From: Opitutales bacterium
GTDB taxonomy: Bacteria > Verrucomicrobiota > Verrucomicrobiia > Opitutales > PNEW01
DNA length: 32,000 bases
Reading direction: 5' to 3'
Assembly: GCA_965219535.1 (NCBI GenBank)
Contig: CBDCNV010000001.1
Coordinates: 1,230,001-1,262,000, forward strand
In this document: positions 8,945 through 16,383 of the stretch, piece by piece
Numbering within the stretch: the first letter of the stretch is position 1
Layout: each line of letters starts with the position of its first letter
Notes under the pieces: generated by a model
What the model was told of the DNA's origin: nothing
Databases searched by the model: none
The model's input: only the letters and a program-made list of their open reading frames with translations
Program-made: the position numbers and the translations under genes

Positions 8945-11200
8945 ATGGAAAAAAAGCTTATACTAACTCTTACACTATCCTTGGGAATACTTATAAACTG
9001 TGCCTTTGCTCAATCGGGTAGTTTCGATTTTGAGAACGATACCGCGGAGGGGACAGAATTTATCATCGGCCAATCACCGACGAGTATCCATGTAATAAAC
9101 TTTACCCTGGAAACAGTGGACAATCCAGCACTCGCTCATTCAGGCACAAAAGCTCTGGTCCTGGTGCCCGGTGCAACGGAGGGGAAAATACTTTTTGAAA
9201 GGGGAGTGAACAATCTCTCGTTCTATGCCGCCGATACGCAAGGCGGTGGACGCATTGAGTTAAGAGATAAAGTCTTTCTTGTTTTGAACGAAAATGGAGT
9301 TGTAAACGGCCTTCCAGGTAATATCAGTCCAGGCTCAAATCCCCCTCAGCAAAATTTCGTCGCCTTCAGCGGTGTATTCAACGATCTATCGGATCTCAAT
9401 TTTACTAATGGCATCAAAGAAATTAAAATAGTTAACGCTTCCGGACAGGTCTCCATCGATGACCTTACTTTTACCAATGTTGTCGGTCCACCTAACAATA
9501 CTTTTTTTGAGGATTTTTCGGATTTAGATAATCACCCCATTTTTGGGGAAAATTTTGTAAACCGCGTAAATTTTACCCTCGGTCAATCACCGAACACAGC
9601 TCACTTTACTATGGGTGTCGTTACCGCCATCAGTGTCTCAACCTATGGAAGTGCGGGCAGACCCTTTAACCACACTTTCCCATTAGCTCCAGCGCAGGGT
9701 GGTGATTTTGAAAGTGGTTCCTGGCAGGTACTTGATGAAACACAGGGAGAAATAACTTTTGAAGAGACACCGGCGGCGAAGGTTGAATTTTATGCAGTGG
9801 TTGGAGAGGAAGGTGATGGAAGGTTGGATGTTTATGATACGGCAGACAATCTACTCACCTCTACCACCGATATACCTTTAAATATTAGTATTGAATTAGA
9901 GGGCTCGATCTTTACCTTTTTCTCTTTTGTCGCGGAAGAATTAGGTGCACCGGGCGGGATAGGTAGAATTACTTATAATAATGACCCCTCACCACAGGCG
10001 CAGACCGGTGGATTTTTAACTAATATAGCATTGGACGACTTTGGCTGGACGCCGATTGGTGTCCCGTTGGGTGGAGGGGAACCCCCTCCCGCCGAAGCAC
10101 CGGCGATTACCACGCAACCTGCGAGCCAGGAAGTTGCATCCGGCACGGCTATTGCCTTAACGGTCGCAGCAAGCGGTGAGGATCTTACCTACCAGTGGTT
10201 TACCGGTAACAGCGGTGATACTGCCAGTCCCGTAGCCGGTGCCACGAGCGGCACCTTAACCACCGGTGCTCTCACCGCGAGTACGAACTTCTGGGCACAG
10301 GTAACAAACGCCGGCGGTACCGCTGACAGTGAAACCGCGGTGATCACCGTAGCTGCACCGGCTGTTCCCCTCGTGCTCGACGGATCGGGCGATATCGCCG
10401 GTGAAAACATTCAGCATGCCAACGGTAACGTCTTCGACCAGATACTGCTCACCGGAGAATCTGTCCAACTCCAGGCCAAACCGGGACAGATCACCCGCGT
10501 CTCCTTCATGGACGAAAACGAGGACATTGTGCAGGTAGAATTTTCTGGTAACGGTACCTTTACCGTAACCCTCGATCCGGCCACCTTCCTGCCCCCGGCC
10601 ATCCCTCCACGCTACAACCAGGCCGTTGAGTACGTGACGGGCAAACCGAGCGTAGTCATAGATGGAGCGGACGGCAATACCTTCTTCAGTATCTTTACCG
10701 TGGGTAGGATCAACGCGTTTAACCAGGCCCTCTTCCCCGAGGGACAGGTCTATGATGCGCAAGCGGACGTGACCCTCGTTGAAGTTGTAAATTCCACGGG
10801 AATGGGCGGCATACAACTGTCGAACACCGTGTTCAGTGGAAGCACCGGCAAGACCGGTATCGACGCGCGGGGAATACCGATCGGGGTACGCTTAACGATT
10901 GGCGATATCGATGCCAGTGGCGATGCGGTACCGCATATACTCTTTGGCTCAGGCTCTTTCACCGTGCCAGCAGGCAACCCCGGGTTGAGGATCACGGGTG
11001 GAGACTTATTGCAGACAAACGGTGCAGCAGTTGTCGTCGCAGAGAGCGGATCGACGACAACGGGATTTGATACGCTGATCACACAGAACAATTTTAAATC
11101 GGACAACACTCCACAGCCGACCCTGAGCATTGACGCCACCTTCGCTAATGAAGACGGGGATGCAATTACGGTTGCCGTTGAAGAGTTGACGATTGAATAG
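8945..11200 (+). CDS. secreted multidomain protein, paralog 1 of 3 (signal peptide; two lectin/CBM-like modules; Pro-rich linker; Ig-like domain; ~290-aa C-terminal domain of unknown function)
   Basis: The long ORF opens at GTG 8933, but ATG 8945 gives 'MEKKLILTLTLSLGILINCAFA/QS', a classic signal peptide. The 'PAITTQPASQEV..YQWF.GNSGD....GAT...L......AS..FWAQVTN.GG...S..AVITV' block is an Ig-like domain pattern. A strong hairpin terminator follows. Confidence 0.85.
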   Translation: MEKKLILTLTLSLGILINCAFAQSGSFDFENDTAEGTEFIIGQSPTSIHVINFTLETVDNPALAHSGTKALVLVPGATEGKILFERGVNNLSFYAADTQGGGRIELRDKVFLVLNENGVVNGLPGNISPGSNPPQQNFVAFSGVFNDLSDLNFTNGIKEIKIVNASGQVSIDDLTFTNVVGPPNNTFFEDFSDLDNHPIFGENFVNRVNFTLGQSPNTAHFTMGVVTAISVSTYGSAGRPFNHTFPLAPAQGGDFESGSWQVLDETQGEITFEETPAAKVEFYAVVGEEGDGRLDVYDTADNLLTSTTDIPLNISIELEGSIFTFFSFVAEELGAPGGIGRITYNNDPSPQAQTGGFLTNIALDDFGWTPIGVPLGGGEPPPAEAPAITTQPASQEVASGTAIALTVAASGEDLTYQWFTGNSGDTASPVAGATSGTLTTGALTASTNFWAQVTNAGGTADSETAVITVAAPAVPLVLDGSGDIAGENIQHANGNVFDQILLTGESVQLQAKPGQITRVSFMDENEDIVQVEFSGNGTFTVTLDPATFLPPAIPPRYNQAVEYVTGKPSVVIDGADGNTFFSIFTVGRINAFNQALFPEGQVYDAQADVTLVEVVNSTGMGGIQLSNTVFSGSTGKTGIDARGIPIGVRLTIGDIDASGDAVPHILFGSGSFTVPAGNPGLRITGGDLLQTNGAAVVVAESGSTTTGFDTLITQNNFKSDNTPQPTLSIDATFANEDGDAITVAVEELTIE

Positions 11201-11225
11201 TCAGAAATTCATTGGAAACATCTTT

Positions 11226-11259
11226 AAAACCCGCTTTCGTTGTGAAAGCGGGTTTTTTA
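11226..11259 (+). terminator. rho-independent terminator of paralog 1
   Basis: Stem 'acccgctttc' (11229-11238), loop 'gttgt', stem 'gaaagcgggt' (11244-11253), then a T-run. An A-run precedes the stem, so it could act bidirectionally. Confidence 0.8.
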
Positions 11260-11278
11260 TTGGTTCTAGAGCTCGTGT

Positions 11279-11310
11279 TTGACAAACGAGAGTCTGAGAT
11301 TTGTATATAT
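11279..11310 (+). promoter_or_regulatory. putative sigma70-like promoter of paralog 2
   Basis: TTGACA at 11279-11284, followed 17-19 nt later by 'tgtatatat' (11302-11310). The block and the ~80-nt leader are conserved upstream of paralog 3. Confidence 0.45.
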
Positions 11311-11387
11311 TTATTCAGTCACTCTACAGGTTACCACTCATCAATCGCCAAAGACTTTAAATCATAACCAACCCCTACAGTAAGAAA

Positions 11388-13643
11388 ATGTATAAAATAA
11401 AATTAATCACCTGCTTTTGTTTTTCACTCGGAATCCATTTTTTTCCCGTTTTCTCGCAAACGGCCACTTATGATTTTGAGAACGATACCGCGGAGGGGAC
11501 AGAATTTATCATCGGCCAATCACCGACGAGTATCCATGTCATAAACTTTACCCTGGAAACCGTGGATAATCCCGCGCTCGCTCATTCAGGGACCAAAGCC
11601 CTGGTTCTTGTTCCTGGCGCAACGGAGGGTAAAATACTTATGGAAAGAGGCGTTCAGGATCTTCAGCTCTATGTCGCCGATACCCAGGGAGGTGGACGCC
11701 TTGAGTTAAGGGATAAAAATTTTCACGTATTACAAGAGAATGGAGTCGTAGAAGGTTTTCCCGCTGACATCAGTCCGGGGGCTAATCCACCCGCACAAAA
11801 TTTCGTTGCATTCAACAGTGATATCTTCGTTACCACGGATCTCAATTTTACGAATGGCATCAAAGAAATAAAAATTGTTAATCCTTCCGGCCAAGTTTCA
11901 ATCGATGATCTTACTTTTACCAACATGGTAGGTCCGACTAACAATACTTTTTTTGAAGATTTTCCACTTTTAAGTGGTCATCCCATTTTTAAAATACCGG
12001 TTAATCGTGCAAATTTTACCCTTGGTACATCACCGGTAACAGCTACCTTTACGGGTGGTATTGTTACGACCATATTTTATGGTGGCGCGGGTGGTGCCGG
12101 TCGACCCTTTAATCACACTTATCCTTTATCACCCGGTGACATAGCTGAGTTACAATCTGCCTCCTGGCGGGTGCTCGATGAAATGGAAGGGGAAATTAAT
12201 TTTACCGAAACACCGATGGCAAAGGTCGAGTTTTACGCTGCTGTAGGTGAGGAAGGAGATGGAACGATTGAAGTTTACGATACCGAAGATAATCTACTCA
12301 CCTCGACCAATGATATCCCCTTAAATATGAGTTTTGAAATAGAGGGCTTTCCCTTTACCTTTTTCTCTTTTGTCGCAGAAGAATTAGGAGCTCCGGGTGG
12401 CATAGCAAAAATAACATACAATAACGCGCCCTCTCCGCAGGCGCAAACGGGTGGCTTTTTAACGGATATTGCTATCGATGATATTGGCTTCACACCAATC
12501 GGTGTTCCGTTGGGTGGAGGGGATCCTCCCCCTGCTGAAGCACCTGCTATCACCACGCAACCTGCAAGCCAGGAAGTTGCATCCGGCACTGCGATAGCAT
12601 TGACTGTCGCGGCAAGCGGTGAGGATCTAACTTACCAGTGGTTTATCGGTAACAGCGGTGACACCGCTGCCCCTGTCGCGGGTGCGACCAGTGGCACTTT
12701 AACTACGGGAGCCCTTACAGCGAGTACGAACTTCTGGGCACAGGTAACGAACGCAGGAGGTACAGCTGACAGTGATACCGCGGTCATCACCGTAGCAGCA
12801 CCGCCTATTCCCCTCGTGCTCGACGGATCGGGCGATATCGCGGGTGAAAACATTCAGCATGCCAATGGCAACGTCTTCGATCAGATTTTACTCACCGGAG
12901 AGTCCGTCCAACTCCAGGCAAAACCGAACCAGATTACACGCGTCTCCTTCATGGACGAAAACGAGGACATTGTGCAGGTAGAATTTTCTGGTAACGGTAC
13001 CTTTACCGTAACCCTCGATCCAACCACCTTCCTGCCCCCAGCCATACCCCCGCGCTACAACCAGGCCGTGGAGTACGTAACGGGAAAACCGAGTGTGGTC
13101 ATCGATGGAGCAGACGCCAATACCTTCTTCAGCATCTTCACGGTGGGCAGGATCAACGCCTTTAACCAGGCACTGTTCCCCGAAGGACAGGTCTATGACG
13201 CCCAGGCCGATGTGGCCCTCGTGGAAGTAGTCAACTCCACGGGATTGGGAGGGGTACAGTTATCGAATGCTGTGTTCAGTGGAAGCACGGGCAATGTCGG
13301 CTTTGATGCGCGCGGCGTGCCGATCGCGGTACGCTTAACGATCGGTGATATCGATGCTGATGGCGATGCAGTACCTCACATTCTCTTTGGAGAAGGTTCC
13401 TTTACCGTAGCCGCCGGCAACCCCGGGTTAAGGATCACCGGTGGTGACCTCTTGCAGACCAACGGTGCTGCAGTCGTAGTCGCTGAGAGCGGATCTACAA
13501 CCACCGGGTTTGAGACCTTGATCACGCAGAACAACTTTAAATCGGATAATACCCCTCAGCCAACCCTGAGCATTGACGCCACTTTCGCTAATGAGGATGG
13601 AGATGCGATCACAGTTGCCGTTGAAGAATTGACGATTGAATAG
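11388..13643 (+). CDS. secreted multidomain protein, paralog 2 of 3
   Basis: 751-aa ORF collinear with paralog 1. Signal peptide 'MYKIKLITCFCFSLGIHFFPVFSQ'. A conserved promoter-like block lies upstream and a terminator lies downstream. Confidence 0.9.
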   Translation: MYKIKLITCFCFSLGIHFFPVFSQTATYDFENDTAEGTEFIIGQSPTSIHVINFTLETVDNPALAHSGTKALVLVPGATEGKILMERGVQDLQLYVADTQGGGRLELRDKNFHVLQENGVVEGFPADISPGANPPAQNFVAFNSDIFVTTDLNFTNGIKEIKIVNPSGQVSIDDLTFTNMVGPTNNTFFEDFPLLSGHPIFKIPVNRANFTLGTSPVTATFTGGIVTTIFYGGAGGAGRPFNHTYPLSPGDIAELQSASWRVLDEMEGEINFTETPMAKVEFYAAVGEEGDGTIEVYDTEDNLLTSTNDIPLNMSFEIEGFPFTFFSFVAEELGAPGGIAKITYNNAPSPQAQTGGFLTDIAIDDIGFTPIGVPLGGGDPPPAEAPAITTQPASQEVASGTAIALTVAASGEDLTYQWFIGNSGDTAAPVAGATSGTLTTGALTASTNFWAQVTNAGGTADSDTAVITVAAPPIPLVLDGSGDIAGENIQHANGNVFDQILLTGESVQLQAKPNQITRVSFMDENEDIVQVEFSGNGTFTVTLDPTTFLPPAIPPRYNQAVEYVTGKPSVVIDGADANTFFSIFTVGRINAFNQALFPEGQVYDAQADVALVEVVNSTGLGGVQLSNAVFSGSTGNVGFDARGVPIAVRLTIGDIDADGDAVPHILFGEGSFTVAAGNPGLRITGGDLLQTNGAAVVVAESGSTTTGFETLITQNNFKSDNTPQPTLSIDATFANEDGDAITVAVEELTIE

Positions 13644-13672
13644 TTTTATAGTCATTAATTTATAACACCTTT

Positions 13673-13706
13673 AAAACCCGCTTTAGAAATTAAAGCGGGT
13701 TTTTTC
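13673..13706 (+). terminator. rho-independent terminator of paralog 2
   Basis: Stem 'acccgcttta' (13676-13685), loop 'gaaat', stem 'taaagcgggt' (13691-13700), then TTTTT. Relative to the paralog-1 terminator, the top base pair changed C:G to A:T, which is compensatory. Confidence 0.8.
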
Positions 13707-13725
13707 TCGGTTCTGGAGCGCGTGT

Positions 13726-13757
13726 TTGACATACGAGGATCTGGAATTTGTATATAT
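13726..13757 (+). promoter_or_regulatory. putative sigma70-like promoter of paralog 3
   Basis: TTGACA at 13726-13731 and 'tgtatatat' at 13749-13757, homologous to 11279-11310. Confidence 0.45.
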
Positions 13758-13836
13758 TTATTCATTCACGCTACAGGTCACCACTCATCATTCGCCAAAG
13801 ACTTTAAATCATAACCAAACCCCCTAAAGTAAAATA

Positions 13837-16080
13837 ATGTGTAAAATAAAATTAATCACCTGCTTTTGTCTTTCACTCGGAATTCCTTTTTTTTCCGCTT
13901 TCTCGCAAACGGTCACTTATGATTTTGAGAACGATACCGCGGGGGGGACAGAATTTATCATCGGCCAATCACCAACGAGTATACATGTGATAAACTTTAC
14001 CCTCGAGACGGTGGATAATCCCGCACTCGCTCATTCAGGCACCAAGGCCCTGGTTCTAGTTCCCGGCGCAACGGAGGGTAAAATACTTATGGAAAGAGGC
14101 GTACAGGATCTACAGTTCTATGTCGCCGATACCCAGGGTGGAGGCCGCCTTGAGTTAAGGGATAAAAACTTTCAGGTAACACATGAGAATGGAATCGTAG
14201 AAGGTTTTCCCGCTGACATTAGTCCGGGGGCTAATCCACCCGCACAAAATTTCGTTGCTTTCAACAGTGATATCTTCGTCACCACGGATCTCAATTTTAC
14301 GAATGGCATCAAAGAAATTAAAATTGTTAATCCCTCCGGCCAAATTTCAATCGACGACTTGACTTTCACAAATACGGCAGGTCCACCTAACAATATCTTT
14401 TTTGAAGATTTTCCAGATCTTGGTAATCACCCTATTTTTAAAATACCGGTTAACCGTGCAAATTTTACCCTCGGTACATCACCGGTAACAGCCACTTTTA
14501 CGGGTGGTATTGTCACGACCATATTTCACGGTGGTAACGCTGGTGCAGGTCGACCGTTTAATCATACTTATCCCTTATCACCTAGTGATTTAGCTGAGAA
14601 TGAATCTGCCTCCTGGCGGGTGCTCGATGAAATGGAAGGGGAAATTAATTTTACCGAATCACCGATGTCAAAGGTCGAGTTTTACGCTGCTGTAGGTGAG
14701 GAAGGAGATGGGACAATTGAAGTTTACGATACCGCAGATAATCTACTCACCTCAACCAGCGATATCCCCTTAAATATGAGTTTTGAAATAGCGGGCTTTC
14801 CCTTTACCTTTTTCTCTTTTGTCGCTGAAGAGCTAGGGGCTCCGGGGGGGATAGGAAAAATTATCTATAAGAATGCTCCTTCACCCCAGTCGCAAACGGG
14901 AGGCTTTTTAACGGACATTGCTATCGATGATATTGGTTTTACTCCCCTCGGCGTCGAGGGACCCCCTCCGGCTGAGGGACCGGCTATTACAACTCAACCG
15001 ACGAGCCAGGAAGTTGCCTCCGGCACGGCTATTGCCTTAACGGTCGCAGCAAGTGGTGAGGATATTACCTACCAGTGGTTTACCGGTAACAGTGGGGATA
15101 CTGCCAGCCCAGTAGCGGGTGCGACCAGTAGTACCTTAACCACCGGTGCTCTCACCGTGAGCACGAACTTCTGGGCACAGGTAACAAACGCCGGCGGTAC
15201 CGCTGACAGTGATACCGCGGTGATCACCGTAGCTGCACCGGCTGTTCCCCTCGTGCTCGACGGATCGGGCGATATCGCGGGTGAAAATATCCAGCATGCC
15301 AACGGTAACGTCTTCGATCAGATATTGCTCACCGGAGAGTCCGTCCAACTCCAGGCCAAGCCTGGACAGATCACCCGCGTCTCCTTCATGGACGAAAACG
15401 AGGACATTGTGCAGGTAGAATTTTCTGGTAACGGTACCTTTACCGTAACCCTCGATCCAGCCACCTTCCTACCGCCAGCTGTTCCTCCACGCTACAACCA
15501 GGCCGTAGAGTATGTGACGGGCAGACCGAGCGTGGTCATCGATGGGGCTGACGCCAATACCTTCTTCAGTATCTTTACCGTGGGCAGGATCAACGCCTTT
15601 AACCAGGCCCTCTTCCCCGAAGGACAGGTCTATGACGCCCAAGCGGACGTGAGCCTCGTTGAAGTAGTCAATTCCACAGGACTGGGAGGGGTGCAGCTTT
15701 CAAACACCGTCTTCAGCGGAAGCACAGGTAGAGTAGGGGTGGATGCACGCGGAGTACCGATCGCGGTGCGCTTAACCGTCGGCGACATCGATGCCGATGG
15801 CGATGCAGTACCCCATCTTCTCTTTGGAGAGGGGTCCTTTACCGTGCCGGCGGGCAACCCCGGGTTGCGGATCACCGGAGGCGACTTATTGCAGACGAAC
15901 GGTGCCGCGGTCGTCGTCGCGGAGAGCGGATCGACGACGACGGGATTCGATACCCTGATCACCCAGAACAACTTTAAATCGGACAACACACCGCAACCGA
16001 CACTGAGCATCGATGCAACCTTCACCAATGAAGACGGCGATGCCATAGAAGTGGTTATTGATGAGATCACGATTGAATAG
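13837..16080 (+). CDS. secreted multidomain protein, paralog 3 of 3
   Basis: 747-aa ORF collinear with paralogs 1 and 2. Signal peptide 'MCKIKLITCFCLSLGIPFFSAFSQ'. The Pro-rich linker is 4 aa shorter. The upstream block is conserved with that of paralog 2. Confidence 0.9.
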   Translation: MCKIKLITCFCLSLGIPFFSAFSQTVTYDFENDTAGGTEFIIGQSPTSIHVINFTLETVDNPALAHSGTKALVLVPGATEGKILMERGVQDLQFYVADTQGGGRLELRDKNFQVTHENGIVEGFPADISPGANPPAQNFVAFNSDIFVTTDLNFTNGIKEIKIVNPSGQISIDDLTFTNTAGPPNNIFFEDFPDLGNHPIFKIPVNRANFTLGTSPVTATFTGGIVTTIFHGGNAGAGRPFNHTYPLSPSDLAENESASWRVLDEMEGEINFTESPMSKVEFYAAVGEEGDGTIEVYDTADNLLTSTSDIPLNMSFEIAGFPFTFFSFVAEELGAPGGIGKIIYKNAPSPQSQTGGFLTDIAIDDIGFTPLGVEGPPPAEGPAITTQPTSQEVASGTAIALTVAASGEDITYQWFTGNSGDTASPVAGATSSTLTTGALTVSTNFWAQVTNAGGTADSDTAVITVAAPAVPLVLDGSGDIAGENIQHANGNVFDQILLTGESVQLQAKPGQITRVSFMDENEDIVQVEFSGNGTFTVTLDPATFLPPAVPPRYNQAVEYVTGRPSVVIDGADANTFFSIFTVGRINAFNQALFPEGQVYDAQADVSLVEVVNSTGLGGVQLSNTVFSGSTGRVGVDARGVPIAVRLTVGDIDADGDAVPHLLFGEGSFTVPAGNPGLRITGGDLLQTNGAAVVVAESGSTTTGFDTLITQNNFKSDNTPQPTLSIDATFTNEDGDAIEVVIDEITIE

Positions 16081-16081
16081 G

Positions 16082-16113
16082 GTCAAAACGTCAAAAGGTC
16101 AAAAAGTCAAAAA
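16082..16113. repeat. 4 x 8-bp tandem GTCAAAAN repeat immediately after the paralog 3 stop
   Basis: 'gtcaaaac gtcaaaag gtcaaaaa gtcaaaaa' begins 2 nt after the stop codon at 16078-16080. Confidence 0.85.
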
Positions 16114-16142
16114 GGAGGAGAGCTAACACTTGTTAGGTGTTA

Positions 16143-16249
16143 AGGTGGAGCGGGCTGCCTGCCGGCCATAGCCTTGGCGAAGGTTGGTCCCCAGTACGCT
16201 TCTTTGCTATTGGACATCCTAAACGCGGTAGGGACACCGCGTTCCACCT
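16143..16249 (-). repeat. interspersed repeat family 1, copy B (107 bp, inverted orientation, shorter)
   Basis: It starts 'aggtggagcgggc' and ends 'cgcgttccacct'. The interior aligns with the reverse complement of copy A, minus two internal segments. Confidence 0.75.
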
Positions 16250-16383
16250 ATTATATAATATTAAATACGACTAAATACTCATTCCTCTAAACGGTGTACC
16301 GAGGGTATAGCCCGACATCTTCAACCTTGAACCGTGAACCTACTTCACTTAACACATAACACGCGCGTCAGCGCTCCTCCACC

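Larger units (their letters stand above)
8945..16080 (+). repeat. tandem (head-to-tail) triplicated gene array, unit about 2.45 kb (gene plus intergenic promoter/terminator block)
   Basis: The three ORFs are collinear. Intergenic 11201-11387 is homologous to 13644-13836. One 83-nt tract is identical in all three copies (10496-10578 = 12939-13021 = 15376-15458). Confidence 0.9.

Noticed and set aside
10189-10816. Long antisense ORFs inside the three paralogs (for example 10189-10410, 10256-10816, 10750-11139, 12632-12853, 15069-15302, 15630-16070). Some appear conserved between copies.
   Set aside because: They lie opposite a GC-rich, clearly coding sense frame. Their conservation simply mirrors the nucleotide identity of the paralogs. 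The translations are low-complexity (Pro/Ser/Ala/Val rich), with no start context or motifs.
10900-11200. T9SS (Por) C-terminal sorting domain, LPXTG or PEP-CTERM at the end of the paralogs.
   Set aside because: The C-termini ('...SIDATFANEDGDAITVAVEELTIE') have no hydrophobic or charged anchor and none of the conserved T9SS CTD strand motifs I can recognise. The sorting mechanism is left open rather than called.
8945-16080. Diversity-generating retroelement or shufflon/invertase-driven variation of the paralog array.
   Set aside because: The window has no reverse transcriptase, template-repeat/variable-repeat pair with adenine-specific differences, recombinase gene or inverted-repeat-flanked promoter. 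Differences between copies are spread over all base types.
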